DNA of 64,000 bases from Mobula hypostoma (GCF_963921235.1 NC_086097.1:6572001-6636000), one strand, 5' to 3'; numbered from the stretch's first letter, positions 1 through 13,209 are shown. Notes: generated by a model not told the origin, from the sequence alone. Numbers and translations are program-made.

Positions 1-59
1 AAAAAGTGCTACAGTACACAAATACAAAAGTACTGAGACAGTAGAATATGGGTATAATA

Positions 60-2171
60 CTGCTTAGCGCTGTGATGTGAGGTTCAGCAGAGTCACAGCC
101 TCAGGGAAGAAGCTCTTCCTGGGCCTGCTGGTGCGGGAGCGGAGACTCCTGTAGCGCCTACCGGATGGGAGGAGATTTAAAAAGTCCACGATTAGGATGA
201 GATGCATCCTTGATAATGCTTTTCACCCTGCCCAGGCAGCGTTGATGTATGCTCTCAATGGTACAGTGGTAAAAGTCCGTCAGTATCCTGGGACAGAGGT
301 GAGCTTTCTTGATGCTCCGCAGGAATTAAAGACGCTGTTGCGCCTTTTTGATCAGGATGGAGGAGTTCAGGGACCAGGTGAGATCCTCAGAAATGTGGAC
401 ACCAAGGAATTTGAAGCTTGATACATGCTCCACTACAGCTCCATTGATGTAGATGGGGATCTGAGTGTGGCTCCTAGCATGCCTGAAGTCCACAATGATC
501 TCCTTGGTCTTCTGGATGTTAAGGGCCAGGTTGTTGTCGGCACATCACGTGGCCAGGTGCTAGACCTTGTCCCTGTAGGCCATCTCGTCATCCCCTCTGA
601 TCAGGCCAACCACCGTGGTGTCATCTGCAAACTTGATTATGGAGTTAGAACCATGTACAGGAACGCGGTCATAGGTGAAAAGGGAGTACAGAAGAGGGCT
701 CAGCACACAGCCTTGAGGCACGCCGGTGTTCAGGATGAGAGTGGAGGAGGAGAGGTTGTCTAACTTAACTGATTGGGGTTTGTTAGTCAGAAAATCCAAG
801 GTCCAATTGCAGAGGGATGAGCTGATACCAAGCTGGCGAAGTCTCGCAATCAGCTTGGAGGGGATCACAGTATTGAATGCCAAACTGAAGTCGATGAACA
901 ACATTCTGACGTAAGAGTTGGGGCTGTCCAGGTAGGTCAGGGCAGAGTGAAGTACCGTGGAGATGGCGTCCTCTGTTGACCTGTTGGTGCGATAGGCAAA
1001 TTGATGGGGGTCCAGTGCAGTGAGCAGACAGGATTTCAGGTGTGATAGAACCAGTCTCTCAAAGCACTTTGCAATGATGGGGGTGAGTGCAACTGGACGG
1101 AAGTCATTCAGGCCTGTGGCAGTGGAATGCTTCAGCACTGGCACGATGGTGGCGATCTTGAAGCTTGTGGGGACAACTGCCTGGACCAGGGACAGATTAA
1201 AAATGTCCGTGAAGCCCCCGGCCAACTGCCCTGCACAGACTCTGAGCACACAGCCAGGTATTCCATCCAGACCAGCTGCCTTCTGTACATTCACCCTGCT
1301 CAGGGTGGCACAAACATCGGAGGTGGAAAGTGAGAGAGGCGGTTCACCAGGTGGGAGATCCGCTTTGAGGGTGACCTCCTTGTTCCCTCGGTCAAAGCGA
1401 GCGTAGAAGTAATTGAGCTCATCAGGGAGGGAAGCAGAGCTGGAAGGGGGCACAGTACTAGGTAGTTTGAAATCTGTAATGACCTGTATGTAATGCCACA
1501 TGCTCCTGGAGTCCGAGGAGTTGAAATGCTGTTTGTATATGTGTTTAGCCTGAGAGATTTCTCTCCTCAGGTTGGCCCTGGCTGAGCTGTAAGCCTCCCG
1601 GTCTCCAGATCTGAAGGCTGAATCTCTGGCTTTGAGCAGGGGGCAAACTTCTCTGTTCATCCATGGTTTCTGATTGGGGAAAACTTTTATTTGTTTCTGT
1701 CATGTGACTCCATCTACACACTTGTTGACGTGCTCAAGGATAGAGTTGGTATATAAGTCAATATTAATCTGAGAGTCTGTGGTGGCATGGACAGCAAACG
1801 TTGTGCGCTGGAATTGGTGCTGAAGAGCAGAGTCAGCACCCTCCCACCAGATGTTAATAGTCTTCATTGTGGGTTTAACACATTTAATGATCGGGCTATA
1901 CTTGGGAAGCAGAAACAGTGAAAGATGGTCAGACTGTCCCAGGTGGGGGTGGGTAGTGGCTTTGTAAGCGTCAGCCACATTTGTGTCGACATGATCTAAG
2001 GTTTTATTACCCTTTGTTGTGCATGGTACATTTTGGTAAAATCTTGGAAGCACAGTACGTAGGTTACAATGATTAAAGTCCCCAGCGACAATAAAGGCAC
2101 CATCTGGATGCAATGTCTGCAGCTTGCTAATAGCGACACTGAGGTCTTTCATGGCTACTTTAGCATTAGCA
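60..2171 (-). mobile_element. Rex1/Babar-type non-LTR retrotransposon, decayed endonuclease + RT
   Basis: ORF 1700..2152 has APE motifs (AGDFNH, TLDH, SDH). ORF 560..1660 has RT motifs (LNDFRPVALT, FIDFSLAFNT, GVPQGCVLSPLL, KFADDTT). Broken by stops and frameshifts. Confidence 0.9.
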
Positions 2172-2695
2172 TTTAGTTTGGGCCACTTATCTTAGAACGG
2201 ATGTGCTGAAACTGGAGAGGGCTCAAAGGAGGTTCTCAAAAATGATTCCAGGATTGAACAGCTTGTCATATGAAGAGCATTTGATAGCTCTGGGCCTGTA
2301 TTCACTGGAATTTAGAGGAATATGGGGTGACCTAATAGAAACCTATTGAATAGTGAAGAGCTTTGATAGAGTGGATGTGGAAAGGATGTTTCCTATGGTG
2401 GGAATGTCAATGCTGAAGAATACTCAGAACTGAGGGTCATCCTTTTAAAACAGAGATGAAGAAAAATTTCCTTAGCCAGAGAGTGGTGAATCTGTGGAAT
2501 TCATTGTCACAGGCCAAGTCTTTATGTATATGGAAGTCAGAGGTAGATAGATTCTTGATTGGTCAGGACATGAAGGGATACTGCAGGGGTGGCGGGGGGG
2601 AAGACAGGAGACTGGAGCTGAAAAGAAAAATGCATTGGCTATGATGAAATTACTTGATGAGCCAAATGGCCTAATTCTACTCCTATATTTTATGG
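2172..2695 (+). mobile_element. CR1 LINE 3' fragment
   Basis: CR1 C-terminal motif (NFLSQRVVNLWNSL) and CR1 tail ccaaatggcctaattct... Confidence 0.85.
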
Positions 2696-3392
2696 TAGCA
2701 GAGATCACAGAGAGGGAGCAGTGAGAGAGGGTTTCACTGAACTCCTGCTGAAGAGAAGATTTAAACTTCTTCAGGGCAGGCATCCCTCGAAGAGACTTCG
2801 CACTGGGGCAGCAAAGTATAAAACAAGAGATTCTTCCGTACATTGTTTTCAAGTACACTTCATAGTGACATCAAATTCCCAGCGTCTGTTCACTTTCTCT
2901 AGCTCTGAGGTGTAGTCAGGGTAAGAAAATGTCACAATGACTCCAATTACAAGGTGAGAAACTGCAAGGATGTTAAGCTTAGGTCTTGATTCTTGGCATG
3001 GATGCAGGTAAATTTACTTAATCAATGAATGTGTTAGAATGAGGTCAGCCAGAAATCCCAATATCCCTTGCTATAATCTCAAGAATCTCCTTGGAGGTGT
3101 TAACTCAATCACTGAATTATAAAAAATATGCAATGCTGAAGATGGCAACATGTCCATGTTTGTTGAGAAATACCCTGCAGCCTAATCCCATCTTCCTGCT
3201 CTGTGGATTTTCACTCTCTCATTACACATTCATGCAACTTTAAACATACTGGGGAGTATTACATTTATAGACAGTGAATTCCAGGTCCCAAAAACACCTC
3301 TTAAAAGAACAATCCCATCATCTCTACAATTACATGGAATTTCCTTTGCTTGATTTTCGACATTTTACCCTTTTACGGTAGTGCAGCTGAAC

Positions 3393-3650
3393 ATCGTAGT
3401 GGTGTAGCAGTTCGTGTGATGGTACAACAGCTCAGAATGTCAGAATAGAGAGTTCCATTCTGGCGTGAGAGATTGTCTGTTCTTCCTGTGGGTGCTCTGG
3501 TTTCCTCCCACAGTCCAAAGATTGGTTACTAGGTTAATTGGTCATTGTAAATTGTCCTGCAATTAGGCTATGGTTAAATTGCTGAACTGTTGAGCGATGT
3601 GGCTCTTTTGGCCAGAAGGGCCTGTTCCATGCTGCATCTCCAAATATCTC
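3393..3650 (+). mobile_element. tRNA-derived V-SINE (HE1-like)
   Basis: A/B-box-like head, V-domain ggtttcctcccacagtccaaag...ttaattggtcattgtaaattgtcc, CR1-like tail gaagggcctgttcc. Confidence 0.8.
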
Positions 3651-3654
3651 AAAA

Positions 3655-3830
3655 TATTTGGGAGTATTTAAGGCAGAGGCTGATAAGTTCTTGATTAGTC
3701 AGGGCATGAAGGGATATGAAGAGGAGACAGGAGGTATAGGCTGAGAGGAAATGGAGCAGCCATTTTGAAATGGTGGAGCAGACTCGAAGTTCTAAATGAC
3801 CTAATTCTGCTCCTATGTCTTATGGTCTAA
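3655..3830 (+). mobile_element. CR1 3' tail
   Basis: gtatttaaggcagag...ctaattctgctcctatgtcttatggtct, same as other CR1 tails here. Confidence 0.8.
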
Positions 3831-4387
3831 ATGAATAAATAAATGGAGGAGACAATTGACCTCACTTTGTCTCAGAATAGCATAAACCATTGTATCTCGT
3901 TTAAATCTCCCTTTCTCCTCCTCTGCTCTGGAGAAATCACCTGTTATCTTACCTTGCTCCATTTGCCAGACCCAATAACATCCTCATACCTTTCCTCTTC
4001 ACCCTCTCTTGTCCAATCCCATCCTTCCTGTAATGTGATTCCCATTCTATACATGGCTCTCAAGCTGTGCTGATAGCTGGCATCATGTAAAACATGTTTT
4101 CACTGCTCTGACACTCTGCTCCTCGGCAAATAAATAATAACATTTAATATACCCGTTAATTTCCTTATTGAATTGTTCTATCTTTAAGTGGTCTCTAAAC
4201 GTACTCTTCAAGATCCCTCTGTGTCTTCAACATGTTACCATTTGATGCGACACTGGAAACTGAAAGGAGTCATTTTGAAAGGGGTACAAGTGCAGCAAGA
4301 CCTGGGGCATTTATTGAATGTGATGGGGCAGGTAGAGGAAGTGGTTAAAAATAAGGGCAGTCTGCAGCTGGTTGAGCTGCTGCCTTA

Positions 4388-4965
4388 TATAGAAGCAGAA
4401 ATTAGGTCATTCAGCCCATCGAGTCATCTCCACCATTCTATCATGACTGATTTATTATTTCTCTCAATAGCATTCTCCTGCCTTCTCACCGTAACCTTTG
4501 ATGCCCTGGCAAATCAAGAACCTATCAAACTTCACTTTAAATATTCCCAATGGCTCCACAGCAGTCTGGGGCAAAGAATACCACAGATTCTAAACCCTCT
4601 TGCTGAAGAAATTCATCCTCATCTCTATTCTCAATGATTGTTCCTCTATTCTGAAGTTGTGCCTTCTGGTCCAAGGCTCTACCACTATAGAAAAAAATCC
4701 TCTCCACATCCACGTTATGTTGGCATTTCAATATTTGCTAGGTTTTAATGAAATACCCCTTCATTCTTCTGAACTCCTACGAGCATGTGCCCGGAGGTAT
4801 CAAACACTTCTCATATGCTAACATTTTCATTCCCAAAATCATTCTCGTGTGCCTTCCCTGGACCGTCTCCAAAGCCAGCGTATCTTTCCTTCGATAATGG
4901 GCCTAAAACTGCTCACAATAATCCAAGTGTGGTCTGAGCAATGCCTCATAAAGCCCCAGCATTAC
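4388..4965 (-). mobile_element. CR1 3' fragment
   Basis: Reverse complement of the CR1 tail and C-terminal region, collinear with 15301-16700. Confidence 0.8.
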
Positions 4966-5224
4966 TCCTTAATTTTACCTTAATCCTGACTTCCACTGCT
5001 ATCTGTATGGAGTTGACATATTCTCCATGTGATCCCGTGGGTCCTCCAGTTTCCTTTCTTATGGCAAAGGAATGGAAGTCAGCAGATTAATATCATGTGT
5101 AGGCTGGTAGGCTAGCTACCATTGTAAATTTTCCCTAGTGTAAATGAGTGGTTACCTTGATGGGAATCAGTACAGGGTAAATTAGTGTGGTATCGGACAT
5201 CTCTGTGGATTGGCCGTGGACTCT

Positions 5225-5507
5225 ATGGGCATTTAGTGCAACGCTATTACAGATTGACACATCAGAGTTCGGAGTTCATGTCCGGTGCAGCCTGTAAGGA
5301 GTTTGTACGTCCTTTCCGGAGTGTGTTGGCTTCCTCTAGGTGCTCTGGTTTCCTCCAACTGTCCAAAGATAAGACAGTTAGGAGGTTAATTGGCCGTTAT
5401 AAATTGTCCTGTCTTTTGGCTAGGATTAAACTGGGGTTTGCTGGGCGGTGAGGTTCATTGAGGGCAGAAGGGCCTGTTCCAACCTGTAACTCTAAATCGC
5501 TAATAAA
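5225..5507 (+). mobile_element. V-SINE (HE1-like)
   Basis: ggagttcatgtccgg B-box region, V-domain and gaagggcctgttcc tail. A degraded partial copy also lies at about 4990-5150. Confidence 0.8.
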
Positions 5508-5559
5508 TGGCTTTCTGTGATGTAGTCGGTTAGTATAAACAGAATGAATTCACACTGAA

Positions 5560-6018
5560 TCCAGGACATTACAAGTAGAGACTCTGAGAACAAGAGCAAG
5601 GAGGTCATCATGAAATTTTGTGGATTACTGACCTGGCCACAGCTGGAGTATTTTGCTGAGTGTTAGGCATCACAGTTTTGGAAATGTATAACGGATTTAG
5701 TGAGGGCATAGAAGAGATTTATTAGAGGGTGAGGATGCAAAAGTGGTTTGCCAGGATATTGCCTGGATTAAAGGGTATCTACTATAATGAGAAGTTGGAC
5801 AAAACTTGTGTTATTTTCTCTGGAGTGTCAAAAGCTGAGGGTAGATCTAATGGAGGTTTATAAAGTTATGAGAGGCATAGATAGATAGTTTCTTTTTCCC
5901 AAGGTTGAAATGCCTAATAGCAGACGGCATGCTTTTAAGGTGAGATGAGGTAATTTTAAAGGAGATGTGAGGGTTATTTTTTTTTCAGACAGAGATTGGT
6001 GGGGACCTGGAATGCACT
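5560..6018 (+). mobile_element. old CR1 3' fragment
   Basis: Degenerate CR1 C-terminal coding sequence; similar CR1 sequence at about 6625-6995. Confidence 0.65.
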
Positions 6019-6150
6019 GACTGATGAAGGGTCTCAGCCTGAAACATCGACTGTGCTTCTTCCTATAGTTGCTGTCTGGCCTGCTGCGTTCCACCAGCAT
6101 TTTGTTTGTGTTGCTTGCAATTCCAGCATCTGCAGATTTCCTCATGTTTG
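6019..6150 (+). mobile_element. Penelope-like pseudo-LTR fragment with minimal hammerhead motif
   Basis: CTGATGA-agggtctcagcct-GAAAC-atcgactg at 6021-6052, followed by the ctgctgcgttccaccagcatttt tail. Confidence 0.8.
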
Positions 6151-6630
6151 CGTACATTGCCATTATGGGTAAAGCCCTCCCAACTATTGTGCACATATAC
6201 ATGAAACACTGTCATAGGAAATCAGCATCTGACATCAGGATCCCCACCACACAGGACATTCTCTATTTGCAATGCTGCCATCAAGAAGAAGACACAGGAG
6301 CCTCAGGGCTCACACCACAAGGTTCAGGGACAGTTACTATTCCCCCAGCCATCAGGCTCTTGAACCAAAAGGGCTAACTTCAGTCAGCTTCACTTGTCCA
6401 ATTATTGAAACGTTCCACAACCAATGAACTCACTTTCAAGGACTTGTCATCTCATGTTCTCGATATTTATTGCATATTTATTTATTATTATTGTTTCTTC
6501 TTTTTCTATTTGCAGTTTGTTGTCTTCTACCCCAGTTGGATGCTCTTTCATTCATTCTGTTATAGTTATTATTCTATAGATTTGTTGAGTATGCCCTCAA
6601 GAAAATGAATCTCAGGGTTGTATATGCTGA
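6150..6630 (+). mobile_element. Rex1/Babar 3' fragment
   Basis: Encodes a decayed DPHH...RLLN C-terminal region; 3' UTR ends aatctcagggttgtatatg. Confidence 0.7.
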
Positions 6631-7399
6631 GGGGAGACCTGATGCTGGCTGAAGATTTTCCAATTAGGATCGTCACAGATATGGTAGACAGAATCCTATT
6701 TCAGGACTGGAAATGTCAAGTACTAGAGGACATAGATTAAGGTTGCGAGGGGAAAAGCTGAAAGGAGATGTGCCGGGCACATGGAGATGTTTTGCACAGA
6801 ACGCTCAGGGCCTGGAATGGACAGGCAGGAGTAATGGTGGAAACAGATACAGTAGTGGTGTTTAGGAAGATTATCAACACAGATGAAGGGAATGTCGGGA
6901 TGTGGATCATGTGCAGGGAGAAAGGGTTTAGTTTAATTTGATGCTGTTTTCCATACAGATATTGTAGGCTGAAGGGCCTGATTCTGTTCTATGATATCAA
7001 CATTTAAATTTAATAGAGAATGTACAGCTTTCCTAAATGTGGCAAGTTCTTTTATTGTCATCCTTTACTCTCTGTAGACTTGTTTGTGCTCGTAACCCTG
7101 CCCAGAATAAGCTCCTTAAATTGAAACCATCTGTCACTTTCTCAGCCTCTGGCTCGCCAGAGCTATTGACAGAAGCACTTTTAACTGACTCTATTGTGCA
7201 GAGGGAGGAGCATCCACAGAATTCTTGGACAGAATTATGAAGATAATTCAGGATTTGTGTGGTTCCTGCATTTAACATTGGATATCTCAATCTAACAAAA
7301 TATATAAAAGGAGAATTTCAGAGTCACGGTCCTTTGATCCAGTATATTGATGCTTTGTCTATCTTTCCTAATCCCATTTGCTTGCATTAAGTAATATCC

Positions 7400-7790
7400 T
7401 TTTATAGAGTCAGAGAGTCATAAAACACTACAGCCACTTCGGCTCATCTAGACTGTACCTGCCAAACTGTTAATCTGTCTGGTCCCATTGACCGACGTGC
7501 AGACCACAGCCCACCATATCCCTCCTATCCATGTACCTATCCAAATTTCCTTTAAATTTTGAAATTGACCCCACTTTCACTACTTCCACTGGCAGCTTGT
7601 TCCCCACTCTCACCACGTCTGAGTGAAGAAGTTTGCGCTCATGTTCTGCTTAAACATATCACCTTTCACCCATAACCTGTGACCTCTAGTTCTAGTCTCA
7701 CTCAACCTCAGTGGAAAAAGCCTGCTTGCATGTAGTCTAACTATACCCTTCATAATTTTGTATAGTTCTAACAAAATGCCTCTCACTAGT
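7400..7790 (-). mobile_element. CR1 3' fragment
   Basis: ORF 7610..7804 (TRGHRLWVKG...NFFTQ). Confidence 0.8.
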
Positions 7791-8183
7791 AATCTAATAG
7801 CCAACTAAACTAATCTCCCCTGCCTACACAATCCTTCCATCTTCCTCTCATTCATGTGTGCAACATGAGTGGGAACTTCTACACATTCAATCTAAACATC
7901 TCTTAAAAGTCTCTAATGTATCTGCCTCTACCATCACCCCATATATTTCATTTCAGATGATTTAATGCAATTCGACAATTACAAAGGATTGCTGAATAGA
8001 CACCATTGCTGAACACAAAAATAAATAAAATGCACCATTCGCGGAGCTTTAAATGTATAATGAATGAATTCAACTTTGATTTCAGTTTTCATATCTATCA
8101 GAATGGACAATGGATCTGTTATTGTTTTGTAATTCCATAAATTTTTCAAAAGTAAAGCACAGGGCTGGGAGATACATGTCTAC

Positions 8184-8632
8184 TTGGCGCAGCACATCAC
8201 ACAAACCAATCTTCCGTCCGTGGACGCACTTTACACCGCACGCTGTCGGGGCAGTGCTGCCAGGATAATCAAGGACACGACCCACCCAGCCAACACACTT
8301 TTCGTCCCTCTTCCCTCCGGGAGAAGGCGCAGGAGCTTGAAGACTTGTTTTCGGCCAGATTTGGGAACAGCTTCTTTCCAACTGTGATAAGACTGCTGAA
8401 TGGATCCTGACCCGGATCTGGGCCGTACCCTCCAAATATCCGGACCTGCCTCTCGGTTTTTTTGCACTACCTTACTTTCCATTTTTCTATTTTCTGTTTA
8501 TGATTTATAGTTTAAATTTTTAATACTTACTATCGATTTGTAATCCAGGGAGTGGGAAGCGCAGAATCAAATATCGCTGTGATGATTGTACGTTCTAGTA
8601 TCAATTGTTTGGCGACAATAAAGTATAAAGTA
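8184..8632 (+). mobile_element. Young-looking Rex1/Babar 3' fragment
   Basis: LPSVDALYTARCRGSAARIIKDTTHPANTLFVPLPSGRR; CpG-rich; tail aataaagtataaagta. Confidence 0.85.
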
Positions 8633-9029
8633 CTCTTAGTTCGACATGGTAGTGTAATGATTCAGATACTTTTACACATAACCAGTAAAGAATTATATAA
8701 ACAACAAAGAATGCTTAATCAAACAATATATTTATAATATTACTTAAATATTAAATACAGCACAGAAGCTATAAAGTAAAATTTATTCTGTTTTCATATC
8801 TGTAACGAGATCTTCAGACAAATGAACACAGAGATGGGGTAAACTCGAGACTCAAAGGTAGAGCGTAAAGACAAGGGTTTATTCTGAGAACATAAAAATG
8901 GACTCAGAGTGTACTAACTCGGAAGGGCTGGAGTACACAGAATGTTCATTCACGAGGAATCCAAATCCAGGACTCGGCGATGAATGCTAGTCATGTGTGC
9001 CTAAGCACAGTTTAAAGAGCTTTTATAAA

Positions 9030-9275
9030 TGTGCAGATGACACTTGGTGACAAGGAGGCATACAGAAGTGAGTTCGATCAGCGGGTTGAGTGGTGTCACA
9101 GTAACAACCTGGTACTCAATGTCAGCAGGACTAAGGAATTAATTGTGGACTGAAGGAAGGGGAGAACACACATCAGTCCTCATTGAGGGTTCAGTGGGGG
9201 AAAAGGGGAACAACTTTAATTTCCTGGGTGTCAACACTTCCAAGGATCTGTCCTGAGCCCAATGCATGGATACAA
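9030..9275 (+). mobile_element. Rex1/Babar RT C-terminal fragment
   Basis: Decayed ADDT...NNLVLNVSRTKELIVD coding sequence. Confidence 0.7.
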
Positions 9276-9670
9276 TCATATGACCTTAAGACCATAAGAT
9301 ATATCGGACCTGAATTAAGTCACTTGGCCAATCACGTCTCTTCCACCATTTCATCATTGTTGATCCAATTTTCCTTTCAGCCCCAATCACCTGCCTTCTC
9401 CCCACATCCCTTCATGCCTTGACCAATCAAGAATCTATCAACCTCTGCCTTAAGTATACATAAAGACTTTGCATCCACATGAGCTTCCTGTGGGAAAGAA
9501 TTCCACAGATTCATCATCCTCCGGCTATAGAAATTTCTCCTCATCTCTGTTCTAAAAGGACACTGCACTATTCTGAGGCTGTGTCCTCTTGTCTTCGACT
9601 CTACCATCATAGGATCATCCTCTCCACATCCGCTCTAGCAAGGCCTTTCATCCTTCAATAGGTTTCAATT
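9275..9670 (-). mobile_element. CR1 3' fragment
   Basis: ORF 9377..9610 (TRGHSLRI...RRNFYSRRMMNLWNS). Confidence 0.85.
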
Positions 9671-9671
9671 T

Positions 9672-9892
9672 TTGGTGTCAGTGGTTGCATAACCAGAACT
9701 TGTGATCTGCACCAGCTGTTTATATGACCATCCACCACCTGCTCCCATGGCTTCACATGGCCATGATCAGGAGAGGCTGGGAGGCGGTGGCTAAGCAGGT
9801 GCTCCACCTAGTCCAAGGATGATGTGCAGACTAACAAAGGGAAGGAGTGACATACACCTGCCTTGCTGGAAACGTATGTCCATCCTGCCACC
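9672..9892 (-). mobile_element. RTE-derived short element, partial
   Basis: Collinear with 54505-54725 (tggtgtcagtggttgcataacc...gctaagcaggtgct). Confidence 0.6.
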
Positions 9893-10072
9893 TTCGATGG
9901 ACATTAGTGAATCAAAATTCTGCAGATGCCGGAATAAAATAGAAAATGTTGGATATACTCATCAAGTCAGGCAGCATCTGTGTAGGTAGAAATAGTTAAC
10001 AGCTGAAGTCAAAGACCTAAATAAAGAACTAAAGAACCCATTAGATGTTTCTACCAAAATTAGTAAATGACA

Positions 10073-10640
10073 CAACACACAAAAATGCTGGAGGAACTTA
10101 GCAGGTCAGGCAGCATCTCTGGAGGGGAATAAAGAGGCGATGTTTCAGGCTAAGGCCACTCATCAGGACTGGAAAGAAAGGACTGAGAAGCCAGAAAAGG
10201 GAATTGAGGGAGAAGAGTTCAAGTTAGAAGGTGATAGGTGAAGCCAGTTGGGTCCAGGAGGTGAAATGAAGTAAGAACCTGGGAGGTGATAGGTTGGAAA
10301 GATAAAAGGCTGAAACAGAAGGAATCTTATAGGAGAAGAGAGTGAACCATAGAAGAAAGGGAAGGAAGAGGGGATAGGGGGGAGGTGATAGGTAGTTGAG
10401 GAGAGGAGAAGAGAAAAAGTAAGAGGGGTCCAGAGTGGGGAATTGAAGAAGAGGCAAGAGAGACAGGAAAAATTACCAAAAGTTAGAGAAATTGATGTTC
10501 AATTCCTTTCCAATCCTGATGAAGAGTCTCGGCCCGAAACATTGATTGTATATGTATTTACATGGACGCTGCCTCACCTGCTGAGCTCCTCCAGCATTTT
10601 GTACATGTTGCTCTGGATTTCCAGTATCGGCAGAATCCCT
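10073..10640. mobile_element. Penelope-like element with inverted pseudo-LTR pair
   Basis: Minus-strand copy 10073-10500 and plus-strand copy 10505-10640; hammerhead cores at 10142-10166 (-) and 10516-10540 (+). Confidence 0.8.
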
Positions 10641-11329
10641 TGAGTAGATGACACAAGCTCTTTTATTCAATTTATTTGGTTAAAGAATTTTAATGCCACC
10701 ATTACCCAAACACTTGCCTCAGGATCATTTGCCCAGCACCTGAATTATGAGACGAACTGCTCCACCAGCATGACATCAAATCTCAGAAAACGAGGAAATT
10801 GTAACAGCCCAGAATGGTGACAGAAAAAGCTGTAAGAAACATAATACACTCCATTAGACAACAAGCAGCATTTTTATGAGGTGGTTAATGGGTTAAAATG
10901 CACTCAGGAGAATAGTTTTGCAAATATCGGCCCGATTCAGCTGTTCTTTGTAATCAGCTAAGCTTGTCTTGAACCAGATAGGGCTTACAGATGAGACAAA
11001 GGAGTATTATGTACTTAATGTGATTCCTCATTTATCATTATAATCATCACAGACATTCTTTCACCTGTTTCCATTTTAATAAAAGCTTCCTTTAAATCTT
11101 TCACCACCTCTTTGAAAATATTATAAATCAGTTTTGTATATGGAGAGAAATATTTCAAGTATGTTGAGGGATAATATTACATCTTTACAATTGTTTCTTT
11201 AAACTTGAGAGAAGAAATGCAGTTGTGCTAGGATTATCTAGATATGTTAATTGAAGTAATTTAAATCACTTGAAAATTGTAATTTAGTAATTAAACAGTT
11301 TTCAAATGTTGCAATAAAATGCATCTCTC

Positions 11330-12068
11330 TTTCCTTTTCAAGGTTCTTTTGAAGACCCTGACCTGGCTTTGGTTCTTTGCGGGAATGGGACCCGTTCTCA
11401 GCACCTCATGACTGGCTGTGTTTGATATCCCAAGGACGTGACCTGGAAGACTAGCCTGTCTTCAGGGTGTCGGATTTTCAAGGCTCTGGAGGCGGGCTGA
11501 TTCAAGGCTGGTGCCCCTGACCCTGACTGAGGTGCGGCGGGAGAACAGGGAACATCGGGAGCAATGGGTTAGCTTCCGTTGGTTGTGTGTCCGGAGATCT
11601 GAGACTGGGGCCGACTCTCTGGGCGCAAAGCTCGGAAAAAGTGACGCAACAGACCTTTAACATCATCAGTCAGCGTGTTGTTTGTTATGTCTCCCCTCTC
11701 ACTGTGAAATGGAGACATCTCTTTTTCCCTTATTAGGGAGAGAGAGAGAGCATGTAGCCAGTCGAATTACAAGGTGAACGAGTAGTCTTTGGGGTACTGC
11801 AAGTCTGTGTCTTTATTGATTCTTTGCCAGAGGCTTCAGTGCTCCATGGAGGGCACTGATGCTTTGTACTGTTGGGGGAGGGAGAGAGTTGTTGCCTTGC
11901 TGCTGCTTGTGTGTGAGAGTGGAGAACTGGGGTTCTAATGTTTAACTGTCATGCATTCTTTGAGGCACTTCTCTGTTTGGTGGATGTTTGCAAAGATAAA
12001 AGAATTTCAGGATGTATATTGTGTACATTTCTCTGACATTAAATGTACCTATTGAAACCTATTGAAAT
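11330..12068 (+). mobile_element. about 750-bp non-coding retroposon family, unclassified
   Basis: Diverged second copy at 22860-23640 (-); tail ...ctctgacattaaatgtacctattgaaacctattgaaa. Confidence 0.7.
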
Positions 12069-12084
12069 GATGACAAAACTGCAG

Positions 12085-12397
12085 AATGAGAGGGCATGAC
12101 TTAAGGATTGAAGGGCGCCCTTTCAGAACAGAAATGCGAAGAAATTTTTTTAGTCAGAAGGTGGTGAATCTATGGAATTTGTTGCCACGGGCAGTAGTGG
12201 AGGCCAAGTCATTGGGTGTATTTAAGGCAGAGATTGATAGGTATCTGAGTAGCCAGGGCATCAAAGGTTATGGTGAGAAGGCAGGGGAGTGGGACTAAAT
12301 AGGAGAAAATGGATCAGCTCATGATGAAATGGCGGAGCAGACTCGATGGGCCAAATGGCCTACTTCTGCTCCTTTGTCTTATCGTCTTATGGTCTAA
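12085..12397 (+). mobile_element. CR1 3' fragment
   Basis: ORF 12086..12298 (RGHDLRIEGRPFRTEMRRNFFSQKVVNLWN), (tcttatgg)-type tail. Confidence 0.9.
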
Positions 12398-13142
12398 TAT
12401 TGAAGAAGGCCAATATTTCATGTTTTTTTCACAACCAAATCTGAATCCAATCTCTCATTGACATGTTTGGGTTTCTTGTTGTCTTCATGCGATAGCAAGT
12501 TACTGAGTGGGATAGTGGGCATAAACATTGAATTTCCACCCTTAAAAGTACTGTCCATATTCCAAAAAAAAAACAAAATTTCAGGCCACACTGGCAGAAA
12601 AGCATGTATTGGTCCTGGGTGATTTTTTTTGTGTGTTTCTGTCACCAAAAAGCAAATTGTCCTTAATGTCTACGTTGTATCATAGGAAGTAAAAGGAAAG
12701 AAGTAATGGTGCTGGAGAGGGAGGGGAAATTTATCCGGATGTTGCCTAGGTTTGTGTACATTTGTCATTGCACAAGAGCATGATGAGGATGTTGGGATTA
12801 GTGAGGATGGAGTGCTACCCGAAGGGTTGTGGGGCAGGTGGCAGAGAGGGAGTGCCAGGGGTGGGGGCTGGCATGGGTACAGACACACCCAGCCCTGAGA
12901 CACCAGCCAAAGTCATCTGATTCCAAACAATTGGTTTATTGATCATTACAGAATATCTCTCTGGTGTATCCCACTCCCTCCCCTCTCCTTTTCCCTTTTT
13001 CCCAACCATGATTCCCTTCTCCTGCCCCTTTCCCACTCTCAGTCCACAATACCCGTATTAAAATCGGGTTTATCATCACTCACATATATCAATAAACTTG
13101 CTTTTTTTTGTGGCAGCTGTACAGTGTAAAACATAAAATTAC

Positions 13143-13209
13143 TACAGTGTGCAAAAGAATTAGTCACCCTAGCTATATATATGTGCTAACATTTTTGCAC
13201 AGCACTGTA
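13143..13209. mobile_element. about 65-bp Tc1-type mini-MITE
   Basis: ta-cagtgtgcaaaa...ttttgcacagcactg-ta inverted ends; related copy at 60251-60316. Confidence 0.55.

Noticed and set aside
8119..9030. LTR fragments around the Rex insertion, and similarly 58740-59790
   Set aside because: TG starts and a TATA-like motif are suggestive, but I could not find matching termini or TSDs.
12410..12650. Possible host exon (ORF 12418..12648)
   Set aside because: No recognisable protein motif, contains homopolymer runs, no convincing splice pair.
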